NCBI GenBank assembly: GCA_032718475.1
Contig: JAUCBJ010001939.1
Span: 9,210-73,209, forward strand
DNA from: Nemertoderma westbladi
Taxonomy: Eukaryota; Animalia; Xenacoelomorpha
DNA length: 64,000 bases
Direction: 5' to 3'
Below the pieces are notes generated by a model, which saw nothing but the letters and a program-made list of their open reading frames with translations, had not been told where the DNA came from and searched no databases. The position numbers were made by a program, and so were the translations under genes. Below, piece by piece: positions 21,101-32,637 of this stretch (position 1 is the stretch's first letter; the number at the start of each line of letters is the position of its first letter).

Positions 21101-24100
21101 ACCGTTCCGTACTCTCACTAAGTGTAGCCGTTCTACCGTTCCGTACTACCACTAGGTTTATCAGTTCTGTGGTTCCTTACCCTTACGTACTACCACTAAG
21201 TTTACCCGTTCCGTGGTTCCTTACCGTTCCGTACTCTCACTAAGTGTAGCCGTTCTACCGTTCCGTACTCTCAATAAGTTTACCCGTTCTGTGGTTCCTT
21301 ACCGTTCCGTACTCTCACTAAGTGTAGCCGTTCTACCGTTCCGTACTCTGAATAAGTTTACCCGTTCTGTGGTTCCTTACCGTTCCGTACTCTCACTAAG
21401 TGCAACCGTTCTACCGTTCCGTACTCTCACTAAGTTTATCCGTTCTGTGGTTCCTTACCGTTCCGTACTACCACTAAGTTTATCCGTTCTGTGGTTCCTT
21501 ACCGTTCCGTACTACCACTAAGTTTATCCGTTCTGTGGTTCCTTACCGTTCCGTACTCTCACTAAGTGTAGCCGTTCTACCATTCCGTACTCTCAATAAG
21601 TTTACCCGTTCTGTGGTTCCTTACCGTCCCGTACTCTCACTAAGTGTAGCCGTTCTACCGTTCCGTACTCTCAATAAGTTTACCCGTTCTGTGGTTCCTT
21701 ACCGTTCCGTACTCTCACTAAGTGTAGCCGTTCTACCGTTCCGTACTCTCACTAAGTTTATCCGTTCTGTGGTTCCTTACCGTTCCGTACTACCACTAAG
21801 TTTATCCGTTCTGTGGTTCCTTCCCGTTCCGTACTACCATTAAGTTTATCCGTTCTGTGGTTCCTTACCGTTCCGTACTACCACTAAGTTTAATCGTTCT
21901 GTGGTTCCTTACCGTTCCGTACTACCACTAAGTTTATCCGTTCTGTGGTTCCTTACCGTTCCGTACTACCACTAAGTTTATCCGTTCTGTGGTTCCTTAC
22001 CGTTCCGTAATACCACTAAGTTTATCCGTTCTGTGGTTCCTTACCGTTCCGTACTACCACTAAGTTTAGCCGTTCTGTGGTTCCTTACCGTTCCCTACTC
22101 TCACTAAGTGTAGCCGTTCTACCGTTCCGTACTCCCACTAAGTTTATCCGTTCTGTGGTTCCTTACCGTTACGTACTACCACTAAGTTTATCCGTTCTGT
22201 GGTTCCTTACCGTTCCGTACTCTCACTAAGTGTAGCCGTTCTACCGTTCCGTACTTTCAATAAGTTTACCCGTTCTGTGGTTCCTTACCGTTCCGTACTC
22301 TCACTAAGTGTAGCCGTTCTACCGTTCCGTACTCTCAATAAGTTTACCCGTTCTATGGGTCCTTACCGTTCCGTACTCTCACTAAGTTTATCCGTTCTGT
22401 GGTTCCTTACCGTTCCGTACTACCACTAAGTTTATCCGTTCTGTGGTTCCTTACCGTTCCGTGCTACCACTAAGTTTATCCGTTCTGTGGTTCCTTACCG
22501 TTCCCTACTCTCACTAAGTGTAGCCGTTCTACCGTTCCGTACTCCCACTAAGTTTATCCGTTCTGTGGTTCCTTACCGTTACGTACTACCACTAAGTTTA
22601 CCCGTTCTGTGGTTCCTTACCGTTCCGTACTCTCACTAAGTGTAGCCGTTCTACCGTTCCGTACTCTCAATAAGTTTACCCGTTCTGTGGTTCCTTACCG
22701 TTCCGTACTCTCACTAAGTGTAGCCGTTCTACCGTTCCGTACTCTAAATAAGTTTACCCGTTCTGTGGTTCCTTACCGTTCCGTACTCTCACTAAGTTTA
22801 TCCGTTCTGTGGTTCCTTGCCGTTCCGTACTACCACTAAGTTTATCCGTTCTGTGGTTCCTTACCGTTCCGTACTACCACTAAGTTTATCCGTTCTGTGG
22901 TTCCTTACCGTTCCGTACTACCACTAAGTTTAATCGTTCTGTGGTTCCTTACCGTTCCGTACTCTCACTAAGTTTATCCGTTCTGTGGTTCCTTACCGTT
23001 CCGTACTACCACTAAGTTTATCCGTTCTGTGGTTCCTTACCGTTCCGTACTCTCACTAAGTTTATCCGTTCTGTGGTTCCTTACCGTTCCGTACTACCAC
23101 TAAGTTTATCCGTTCTGTGGTTCCTTACCGTTCCGTACTACCACTAAGTTTATCCGTTCTGTGGTTCCTTACCGTTCCGTACTACCACTAAGTTTATCCG
23201 TTCTGTGGTTCCTTACCGTTCCGTACTACCACTAAGTTTAATCGTTCTGTGGTTCCTTACCGTTCCGTACTCTCACTAAGTGTAGCCGTTCTACCGTTCC
23301 GTACTACCACTAAGTTTATCGGTTCTGTGGTTCCTTACCGTTCCGTACTACCACTAAGTTTATCCGTACTGTGGTTCCTTACCGTTCCGTACTACCACTA
23401 AGTTTATCCGTTCTGTGGTTCCTTACCGTTCCGTACTACCACTAAGTTTATCCGTTCTGTGGTTCCTTACCTTTCCGTACTACCACTAAGTTTAGCCGTT
23501 CTGTGGTTCCTTACCGTTCCCTACTCTCAATAAGTTTACCCGTTCTGTGGTTCCTTACCGTTCCGTACTCTCACTACGTGTAGCCGTTCTACCGTTCCGT
23601 ACTCCCACTAAGTTTATCCGTTCTGTGGTTCCTTACCGTTCCGTACTACCACTAAGTTTAGCCGTTCTGTGGTTCCTTACCGTTCCCTACTCTCAATAAG
23701 TTTACCCGTTCTGTGGTTCCTTACCGTTCCGTACTCTCACTAAGTGTAGCCGTTCTACCTTTCCCTACTCCCACTAAGTTTATCCGTTCTGTGGTTCCTT
23801 ACCGTTCCGTACTACCACTAAGTTTATCCGTTCTGTGGTTCCTTACCGTTCCGTACTACCACTAAGTTTAGCCGTTCTGTGGTTCCTTACCGTTCCCTAC
23901 TCTCAATAAGTTTATCCGTTCTGTGGTTCCTTACCGTTCCGTACTACCACTAAGTTTATCCGTTCTGTGGTTCTTACCGTTCCGTACTACCACTAAGTTT
24001 AGCCGTTCTGTGGTTCCTTACCGTTCCCTACTCTCAATAAGTTTACCCGTTCTGTGGTTCCTTACAGTTCCGTACTCCCACTAAGTTTATCCGTTCTGTG

Positions 24101-25531
24101 GTTCCTTACCGTTCCGTACTACCACTAAGATTAGCCGTTCTGTGGTTCCTTACCGTTCCCTACTCTCAATAAGTTTACCCGTTCTGTGGTTCCTTACCGT
24201 TCCGTACTCTCACTAAGTGTAGCCGTTCTACCTTTCCCTACTCCCACTAAGTTTATCCGTTCTGTGGTTCCTTACCGTTCCGTACTACCACTAAGTTTAT
24301 CCGTTCTGTGGTTCCTTACCGTTCCGTACTACCACTAAGTTTAGCCGTTCTGTGGTTCCTTACCGTTCCCTACTCTCAATAAGTTTATCCGTTCTGTGGT
24401 TCCTTACCGTTCCGTACTACCACTAAGTTTATCCGTTCTGTGGTTCTTACCGTTCCGTACTACCACTAAGTTTAGCCGTTCTGTGGTTCCTTACCGTTCC
24501 CTACTCTCAATAAGTTTACCCGTTCTGTGGTTCCTTACAGTTCCGTACTCCCACTAAGTTTATCCGTTCTGTGGTTCCTTACCGTTCCGTACTACCATTA
24601 AGTTTATCCGTTCTGTGGTTCCTTACCGTTCCGTACTCTCAATAAGTTTAGCCGTTCTGTGGTTCCTTACCGTTCCCTACTCTCAATAAGTTTACCCGTT
24701 CTGTGGTTCATTACCTGTTCCGTACTCTCACTAAGTGTAGCCGTTCTACCGTTTCTTACTCCCACTAAGTTTATCCGTTCTGTGGTTCCTTACCGTTCCG
24801 TACTCCCACTAAGTTTATCCGTTCTGTGATTCCTTACCGTTCCGTACTACCACTAAGTTTATCCGTTCTGTGGTTCCTTACCGTCCCGTACTCCCACTAA
24901 GTTTATCCGTTCTGTGATTCCTTACCGTTCCGTACTACCACTAAGTTTATCCGTTCTGTGGTTCCTTACCGTCCCGTACTACCACTAAGTATATCCGTTC
25001 TGTGGTTCCTTACCGTTCCGTACTACCACTAAGTTTAGCCGTTCTGTGGTTCCTTACCGTTCCGTACTCTCACTAAGTGTAGCCGTTCTACCGTTCCGTA
25101 CTACCACTAAGTTTATCCGTTCTGTGGTTCCTTACCGTTCCGTACTCTCACTAAGTTTATCCGTTCTATGGTTCCTTACCGTTCCGTACTACCATTAAGT
25201 TTATCCGTTTTGTGGTTCCTTACCGTTCCGTACTCTCACTAAGTTTATCCGTTCTGTGGTTCCTTACCGTTCCGTACTACCACTAAGTTTATCCGTTCTA
25301 TGGTTCCTTACCGTTCCGTACTACCACTAAGTTTATCCGTTCTGTGGTTCCTTACCGTTCCGTACTACCACTAAGTTTATCCGTTCTGTGGTTCCTTACC
25401 GTTCCGTACTCTCACTAAGTTTATCCGTTCTGTGGTTCCTTACCGTTCCGTACTCTCACTAAGTTTATCCGTTCTGTGGTTCCTTACCGTTCCGTACTCT
25501 TAATAAGTTTACCCGTTCTGTGGTTCCTTAA
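18184..25531 (+). repeat. ~7.3-kb satellite of 44-bp and 34-bp related monomers (often as 78-bp dimers)
   Basis: 44-mer ccgttctgtggttccttaccgttccgtactaccactaagtttat and 34-mer ccgttctaccgttccgtactctcaataagtttac. Confidence 0.97.
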
Positions 25532-25573
25532 GGTTTCGTACCTTCTCTCACATACTTTCTCTCTCTCCTATAG

Positions 25574-25813
25574 GTGGTTCTTCAGCTGAACGATACTCAC
25601 CCTTCTTTGGCTATACCCGAGTTAATGCGTCTACTGGTGGACGTTGAGGGACTGGAGTGGGACAAGGCGTGGTCTATTACCACCCGTACCTGCGCCTACA
25701 CCAACCACACTATTCTACCTGAGGCATTAGAACGATGGCCCACCTCCCTCCTCGAATCACTTCTACCTCGTCATCTTCAAATCATTTATCTCATCAATCA
25801 CAACCATCTCAAG
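25574..25813 (+). CDS. PYG: Glycogen phosphorylase exon 7
   Basis: [16 protein letters not shown]...[16 protein letters not shown]...LPRHLQIIY; donor at 25814. Confidence 0.94.
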
Positions 25814-25825
25814 GTTTGTGAGTTA

Positions 25826-27090
25826 ATGTACTGCAACTGCACTGTTATAACAAATACATTAGTGTACTGCACTGCTATAACAAATACATTAGTGTACTGC
25901 ACTGCTATAACAAATACATTAATGTACTGCACTGTTATAACAAATACATTAGTGTACTGCACTGTTATAACAAATACATTAGTGTACTGCACTGTTATAA
26001 CAAATACATTAGTGTACTGCACTGCTATAACAAATACATTAGTGTACTGCACTGTTATAACAAATACATTAGTGTACTGCACTGTTATAACAAATACATT
26101 AGTGTACTGCACTGCTATAACAAATACATTAGTGTACTGCACTGTTATAACAAATACATTAGTGTACTGCACTGCTATAACAAATACATTAGTGTACTGC
26201 ACTGCTATAACAAATACATTAGTGTACTGCACTGTTATAACAAATACATTAGTGTACTGCACTGTTATAACAAATACATTAGTGTACTGCACTGCTATAA
26301 CAAATACATTAGTGTACTGCACTGTTAGTTATAACAAATACATTAGTGTACTGCACTGTTATAACAAATACATTAGTGTACTGCACTGTTATAACAAATA
26401 CATTAGTGTACTGCACTGCTATAACAAATACATTAGTGTACTGCACTGCTATAACAAATACATTAGTGTACTGCACTGTTATAACAAATACATTAGTGTA
26501 CTGCACTGCTATAACAAATACATTAGTGTACTGCACTGTTATAACAAATACATTAGTGTACTGCACTGCTATAACAAATACATTAGTGTACTGCACTGTT
26601 ATAACAAATACATTAGTGTACTGCACTGTTATAACAAATACATTAGTGTACTGCACTGCTATAACAAATACATTAGTGTACTGCACTGCTATAACAAATA
26701 CATTAGTGTACTGCACTGTTATAACAAATACATTAGTGTACTGCACTGTTATAACAAATACATTAGTGTACTGCACTGCTATAACAAATACATTAGTGTA
26801 CTGCACTGCTATAACAAATACATTAGTGTACTGCACTGCTATAACAAATACATTAGTGTACTGCACTGCTATAACAAATACATTAGTGTACTGCACTGCT
26901 ATAACAAATACATTAGTGTACTGCACTGCTATAACAAATACATTAGTGTACTGCACTGTTATAACAAATACATTAGTGTACTGCACTGTTATAACAAATA
27001 CATTAGTGTACTGCACTGTTATAACAAATACATTAGTGTACTGCACTGTTATAACAAATACATTAGTGTACTGTACTGCTATAACAAATA
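25826..27090 (+). repeat. 30-bp minisatellite, ~42 copies
   Basis: Unit gtgtactgcactg(t/c)tataacaaatacatta; a single 4-bp insertion near 26325. Confidence 0.97.
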
Positions 27091-27252
27091 TACAGTAAAT
27101 AATTAATTGTAGGTAACTTTATATCGGTATAATAGTTCAGTCTTGAAGATTACCTAGAGTGGCCCCGATTCCTTAACACGCGACACTTTCATTGGCTTTC
27201 TCTACGACTAATCGAACTATTTATGTTAACGTTTGTTGTTTTTGTAATACAG

Positions 27253-27416
27253 AATGTGGACAAAATGTTTCCTAACGACGCCGGCCGTATGCAGAGAATG
27301 TCCTTGGTGGAAGAGCACGGCGAGAAACGGATTAATATGGCTTACCTCAGTATCATTGGTTCGTTCGCCGTTAATGGAGTCGCGGCCATTCACTCGGATT
27401 TACTCACGAAGACAAT
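27253..27416 (+). CDS. PYG: Glycogen phosphorylase exon 8
   Basis: [29 protein letters not shown]. Confidence 0.93.
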
Positions 27417-27632
27417 GTAAGATAATTTCTCATATTTGAGTCTTATATCTTTTGGATTCTTATATTATCTTCGCTGAACTTTCCGGTATTGATAAAACAC
27501 CCTTACATTATTCAATATACCAACGTGGCCCGAGCGACTACTTTATTTGGTGCGGATTTCGGGATCATGTACCGTCCATATTTTATGAATTCTCCGAACA
27601 ATATTGTATCCTTCAATATAATATTTTATCAG

Positions 27633-27849
27633 CTTTAAGGATTTCTACGAACTGACACCAGAAAAATTCCAGAACAAGACGAACGGAATTACTCCGCGAC
27701 GTTGGCTGTTGCTATGCAACAGCGGTCTGGCCGACGTGGTGTGCGACAAAATAGGGGAGGATTGGATCACTGATCTATCGCAGCTTAAACAACTGAGGAA
27801 GTTCGTTAATGACGCAAACTTCATTACGGCTGTTCAGAATATTAAACAG
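27633..27849 (+). CDS. PYG: Glycogen phosphorylase exon 9
   Basis: [29 protein letters not shown]. Confidence 0.93.
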
Positions 27850-28937
27850 GTAATAATATTACTCGAGAAAAGATATTACGAAAGTATACGGTAAATATAT
27901 TTAAATTATGTATGTATTAACATTTATAAATTGGATTAATGAATGAATACAACTATCTATGGTAACTGGTAAGTATACCTATATAAGTATGACAAAAATC
28001 CCATGACCCCGGTCCTTATTAAGTATTAACACTTTCCGTTTCTCTCCTTAACTACATGGATTTTACATAGCAACAATAAGATGAGATTTTTCCAAAATTT
28101 TGTGAAAACAAACAATACTTTAACAATCCCTATCTTATTAATGTGAAAAATCCTCGCTAACATTAGTGGAAATTATTAATTTTCTTTACAGTGCAATTGC
28201 ATAATTTTGTGCTATCAGTATCTTATGTTGGGCAATTGTTGTTGATATATTTGAAAATATTATATGCTACTTCTAGTTACCGAAATATAGCAATTAATAT
28301 GCGACCGGTCAGTGTAAATTATATTAATTTCCCATTGAATCACAGCTTATTGTGAAATGAATTAAATTATTCTGGAACATTAATAATTTGATCCTTATTC
28401 TCCCCTACTCTACCCTATGCTTGGCTTGTAATACGCCAATCCGCATTTCCAGCAAGAAACATAATGTATGTAATGTATATGTAATATAAATATATTTTTT
28501 GGAGCGTGGGATTTTTTATATATTATTATCTGTATAGTCCTAATCAACAGAGTTTGCCCTAAGTTTGTTTTAACAACTCCAGTATCCATAATCACATAAA
28601 TAATGTTACCACAGATTATCGCTTCAATGCTATATAGCGGTTCATCCTAAATCCTGTGTAAATTATACATGACAATTACATTATGGCCAGGGCCAATCAA
28701 TTATTCAGAAAAAAATAAATAACAGTTACGTTTTTATTGCATTAATTAATTACAGTCATTAACGCCAGAAAGATGCTCTCCGTTTTCATAATAATATAAC
28801 ATGCTCTATTTATCATGAAACTTTCATTGCTATGCTAGTTACACCCGTTCAAGGTCGACATTTCTACATGTGACATGGCCATGGCTCAAGTCGTTACAAG
28901 TGATAATATAATGTGATATATTGTGGAGCTCAAGATC

Positions 28938-29650
28938 GAGCCATTTAGCCGCGTCACAACTACCACTATGGCCGCTATGTGAGCCATTTAGCCGCGTCAC
29001 AACTACCACTATGGCCGCTATGTGAGCCATTTAGCCGCGTCACAACTACCACTATGGCCGCTATGTGAGCCATTTAGCCGCGTCACAACTACCACTATGG
29101 CCGCTATGTGAGCCATTTAGCCGCGTCACAACTACCACTATGGCCGCTATGTGAGCCATTTAGCCGCGTCACAACTACCACTATGGCCGCTATGTGAACC
29201 ATTTAGCCGCGTCACAACTACCACTATGGCCGCTATGTGAGCCATTTAGCCGCGTCACAACTACCACTATGGCCGCTATGTGAGCCATTTAGCCGCGTCA
29301 CAACTACCACTATGGCCGCTATGTGAGCCATTTAGCCGCGTCACAACTACCACTATGGCCGCTATGTGAGCCATTTAGCCGCGTCACAACTACCACTATG
29401 GCCGCTATGTGAGCCATTTAGCCGCGTCACAACTACCACTATGGCCGCTATGTGAGCCATTTAGCCGCGTCACAACTACCACTATGGCCGCTATGTGAGC
29501 CATTTAGCCGCGTCACAACTACCACTATGGCCGCTATGTGAGCCATTTAGCCGCGTCACAACTACCACTATGGCCGCTATGTGAGCCATTTAGCCGCGTC
29601 ACAACTACCACTATGGCCGCTATGTGAGCCATTTAGCCGCGTCACAACTA
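28938..29650 (+). repeat. 43-bp minisatellite, ~16.5 near-identical copies
   Basis: Unit gagccatttagccgcgtcacaactaccactatggccgctatgt. Confidence 0.97.
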
Positions 29651-29859
29651 AATTATATATTGGGAATGTTTTAATTTCACATACTGCACAATTCTTGTCT
29701 TTAAATTTTTCACTCTCAATTATCAAGGTAAAAAGACGATAAAAAGTTTGTCCCTATTTTTTAAAACATGAATTGAGAAAAATTATGTGAACAAAAGTAC
29801 CGATAGCGGCGGCGGCATTGTACCCAGTTTGTACAACAATTGGATATTTTTATCTGCAG

Positions 29860-30007
29860 GAGAATAAGAACCGAGTGGCGACCATGTTAGAGAAACAACA
29901 CGGTATTAAGATCAGCCCAACAAGTCTGTGGGACTGCCAAGTTAAACGGATCCACGAATATAAACGCCAATTACTATTTATTTTATACATCGTCACCGTT
30001 TACAACA
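29860..30007 (+). CDS. PYG: Glycogen phosphorylase exon 10
   Basis: ENK...[14 protein letters not shown]. Confidence 0.93.
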
Positions 30008-30172
30008 GTAAGTTCATTTATTATGTAATTATATTTTCTAACAATACTTTCAGGGAAAAACCTTTGTAAAGTTTATAGGATATTCAGTGCACAAAACGTT
30101 TATTTAGATAATTCAAATGGGGGTATATTTTATATACCATATATTAAAAATAATTTATTTATTAAATTTTAG

Positions 30173-30270
30173 GATTAAAAAGGAACCCGAAGTTGAAATA
30201 TTCTCCGCGAGTGTGTTTCATTGGCGGCAAGGCTGCTCCTGGTTACCATACAGCTAAGCTAATAATCAAG
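30173..30270 (+). CDS. PYG: Glycogen phosphorylase exon 11
   Basis: [22 protein letters not shown]; below the ORF-track size cutoff, read directly. Confidence 0.92.
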
Positions 30271-30291
30271 GTGAGAATTAGGTGGGTTGGG

Positions 30292-30322
<31 letters not shown>

Positions 30323-30643
30323 TCTCCGTCTACATAAATGGTAGATTCCAGGTTGCATTCATAGAATAGCCAGAGAAACAGTTTTTCATCTTGGCCTTAT
30401 CTTATTACGTATAAATAAATGCAACTGGTTGTAAAATTCGCGGTTTGTTTGATTTGCTTATGACAGTGAATTGCGTTATATATTTATTTTATCCCGTCCA
30501 GATATTTTTCACTAATGATAAATAAATTATTGTTTTGGGATGGAGTGACGGTAAATTCAATTATCACCCAATGTATACTTTCAACCCTAACTGATACTCG
30601 CCTATATTGTAAACTAATTGTGATTCATTTATTCCCTTAACAG

Positions 30644-30826
30644 CTGTTCAACTCCGTCGGTAAGATTGTCAACAACGACCCGATCATAGGGGAGAAACTG
30701 AAACTAGTTTACCTCGAGAACTACCGGGTCTCGCTGGCTGAGAAGGTGATCCCTGCGATCGATCTATCGGAACAGATCAGTCTGGCGGGAACCGAGGCAT
30801 CCGGCACAGGAAATATGAAGTTCATG
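30644..30826 (+). CDS. PYG: Glycogen phosphorylase exon 12 (PLP-binding lysine)
   Basis: [36 protein letters not shown]; donor at 30827. Confidence 0.94.
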
Positions 30827-31420
30827 GTTGGTGAATTTTTATTTTATACTTTTTCTATCTATTTTCCCCCATTTGAGCCCTTGTGAGGTAAATAATAATG
30901 ATGAGGCTATTTATTGGTAGGCCTTACTGGGGAATTGGGTCTCCGAAGATCGTAGCCGGAAATGGTATCGTTCATTAAGTGCTTCAACTTTACTTTCTAC
31001 AGCCGGGAAAATAATCTGATGGTAGCTGTTCGAATCGTATGAAGCAACTCATATTTATTTTATAATGATTGTCCTATTTTTAACAAATACTTTACCTATA
31101 CTAATTCTATCTGGATACTTGCAACGAGATATTTGTTGGGCAGTTGGGAACCGACATCAAACATTCAAATAAAATGAGCGGCATTCAATTAAATTCTTGG
31201 TATTTATTTATTATTATTGATATTGTTTATTACGGAATACAATAATTAACATAAGAATAATACGATGTTATAAAACTGGATTTATTTTGCCCAAAAGTGT
31301 TTAATCGGTGGCAAAACTCATATTTTAAAATCAGTCCCTTAAAAACACTGTATGCTGCAAATCTACTAAATGATGTTATATTTATTACAACTGTCGAGTT
31401 TTCAAACTGGGTTTAGGTAA

Positions 31421-32110
31421 TCAGGTCTGTAAGACCCTTTGTAAGACCCGCTTGAGGTCGCCGGCCTCAAACTCAACCGTCCGTATCGCTCGCACTAACG
31501 CGACAACAGTTTGTGGACGGGCCGCTTTCAACCAAACCCGTCCGTTCACGCCCACCACGACCTCAAAGGGCGGGGCGTAACGGGCCAACTGTTTAAGAGT
31601 CGAATCTCCAGAGGTCAGCAACCTCCTAGCGTAGTCTACGTTTATGGTAAAGAGAAAGCCATCGTTGGAGAGTTTACCTAGGCCCTGGGCTTTACCGCGA
31701 CTGTCTATACAGACCAACTCAGTGTCCATATCGCGGTTCGCTTGTAGTAATCTAGCGAAGACTACGTCTCCTATACTCAGCGACGGTTTATTCCGCTTGG
31801 TGGCTCCTTCGAACGCCAGTAGCGACAACACGGCGTTGTCCGACCCGCCCCCTATGTCTACCCGGACTGAGTCAGTGGCCCGCGCGACCACAACCCCGAC
31901 CACCGAGTCGCCCACGGTGGGTAGGTAGCGACGCTGCGTACCGCGCACCCAGTACACGGGCGGAGTCCCGCGGCGCACCGACACGACGCCAGCCTTGGCG
32001 GCCAGCACGCGGTCCCCCACGGCGCGCAGTCCCGGCCCGAGTGTCGGACGGGGGGTGTCTGGGATCCCGTGGACCGCGTCGCCAGGTATTACTACCGTTC
32101 CTACAACCAT
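31421..32110 (-). CDS. EXOSC3: Exosome complex component RRP40, intronless CDS nested in PYG intron 12
   Basis: LGPGL, RRYLPTVGDSVVGVV, LAFEGATKRNKP.L..GD.VFA, ELVCID, EVVVGVNGRVW (S1 + KH domains). Confidence 0.93.
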   Translation of the reverse strand: MVVGTVVIPGDAVHGIPDTPRPTLGPGLRAVGDRVLAAKAGVVSVRRGTPPVYWVRGTQRRYLPTVGDSVVGVVVARATDSVRVDIGGGSDNAVLSLLAFEGATKRNKPSLSIGDVVFARLLQANRDMDTELVCIDSRGKAQGLGKLSNDGFLFTINVDYARRLLTSGDSTLKQLARYAPPFEVVVGVNGRVWLKAARPQTVVALVRAIRTVEFEAGDLKRVLQRVLQT

Positions 32111-32637
32111 ACCCAGGGAGTCTGCTACTCGGGTAGGTAGGTAGGCCTACCGCTAGTGCAGTAGTGGCGCTCACTGTCGTTTATGTCGATTTCTTTCGGG
32201 TGACGAAAGGATAAAATTGAGAACTCCTTTTTATTCCTGTTGTTCGTCTTCGACTGATACCGGTATAGCTTAATAATTATAGGGCAGTAGGGCGACGTGA
32301 TGAAGAGAAATCATCTGTCAGCCTGTTCACTGTTAGTAAACATAGTGGGGAGGCAAAGATTGCGATACGATAATAACAAAATTCACTTTAGTTTTGTGTA
32401 GGCCTAATCATTGATCTACAAACGTATGACAAAACATGTGGCAGCAGCCAGCAGGTACAGGTTTACACGGTCGTTAATTACATTTTAAATTTCCCTCGCC
32501 TCTGTCTCGTATCCTAGACCCTGATTTCAACCTGAGTTTATATTATTTTCAATCTGGGTTGAAAAACTCGATCCATATTTTTAAATATTTTCACTTTGCC
32601 CTTTTCTGGTTTTTATCTGATAATTATCTTTTAAGTA

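Noticed and set aside
18398-22839. Series of MVPYRSVLSLSVAVLPFRT ORFs
   Set aside because: Translations of the 78-bp satellite dimer inside a PYG intron; no real start or coding signal.
25574-27106. 510-aa ORF and overlapping 174-250-aa repeat ORFs as standalone genes
   Set aside because: Only the first 80 codons are PYG exon 7; the rest is a stop-free 30-bp minisatellite.
18184-29650. CRISPR-like appearance of 30-44-bp repeats
   Set aside because: Head-to-tail tandem units without unique spacers, no cas genes, eukaryotic intron context.
28938-29650. Common origin of the 43-bp array and the 44-bp satellite (shared actaccacta and tttagccg)
   Set aside because: Only two short words are shared, with different spacing; insufficient for homology.
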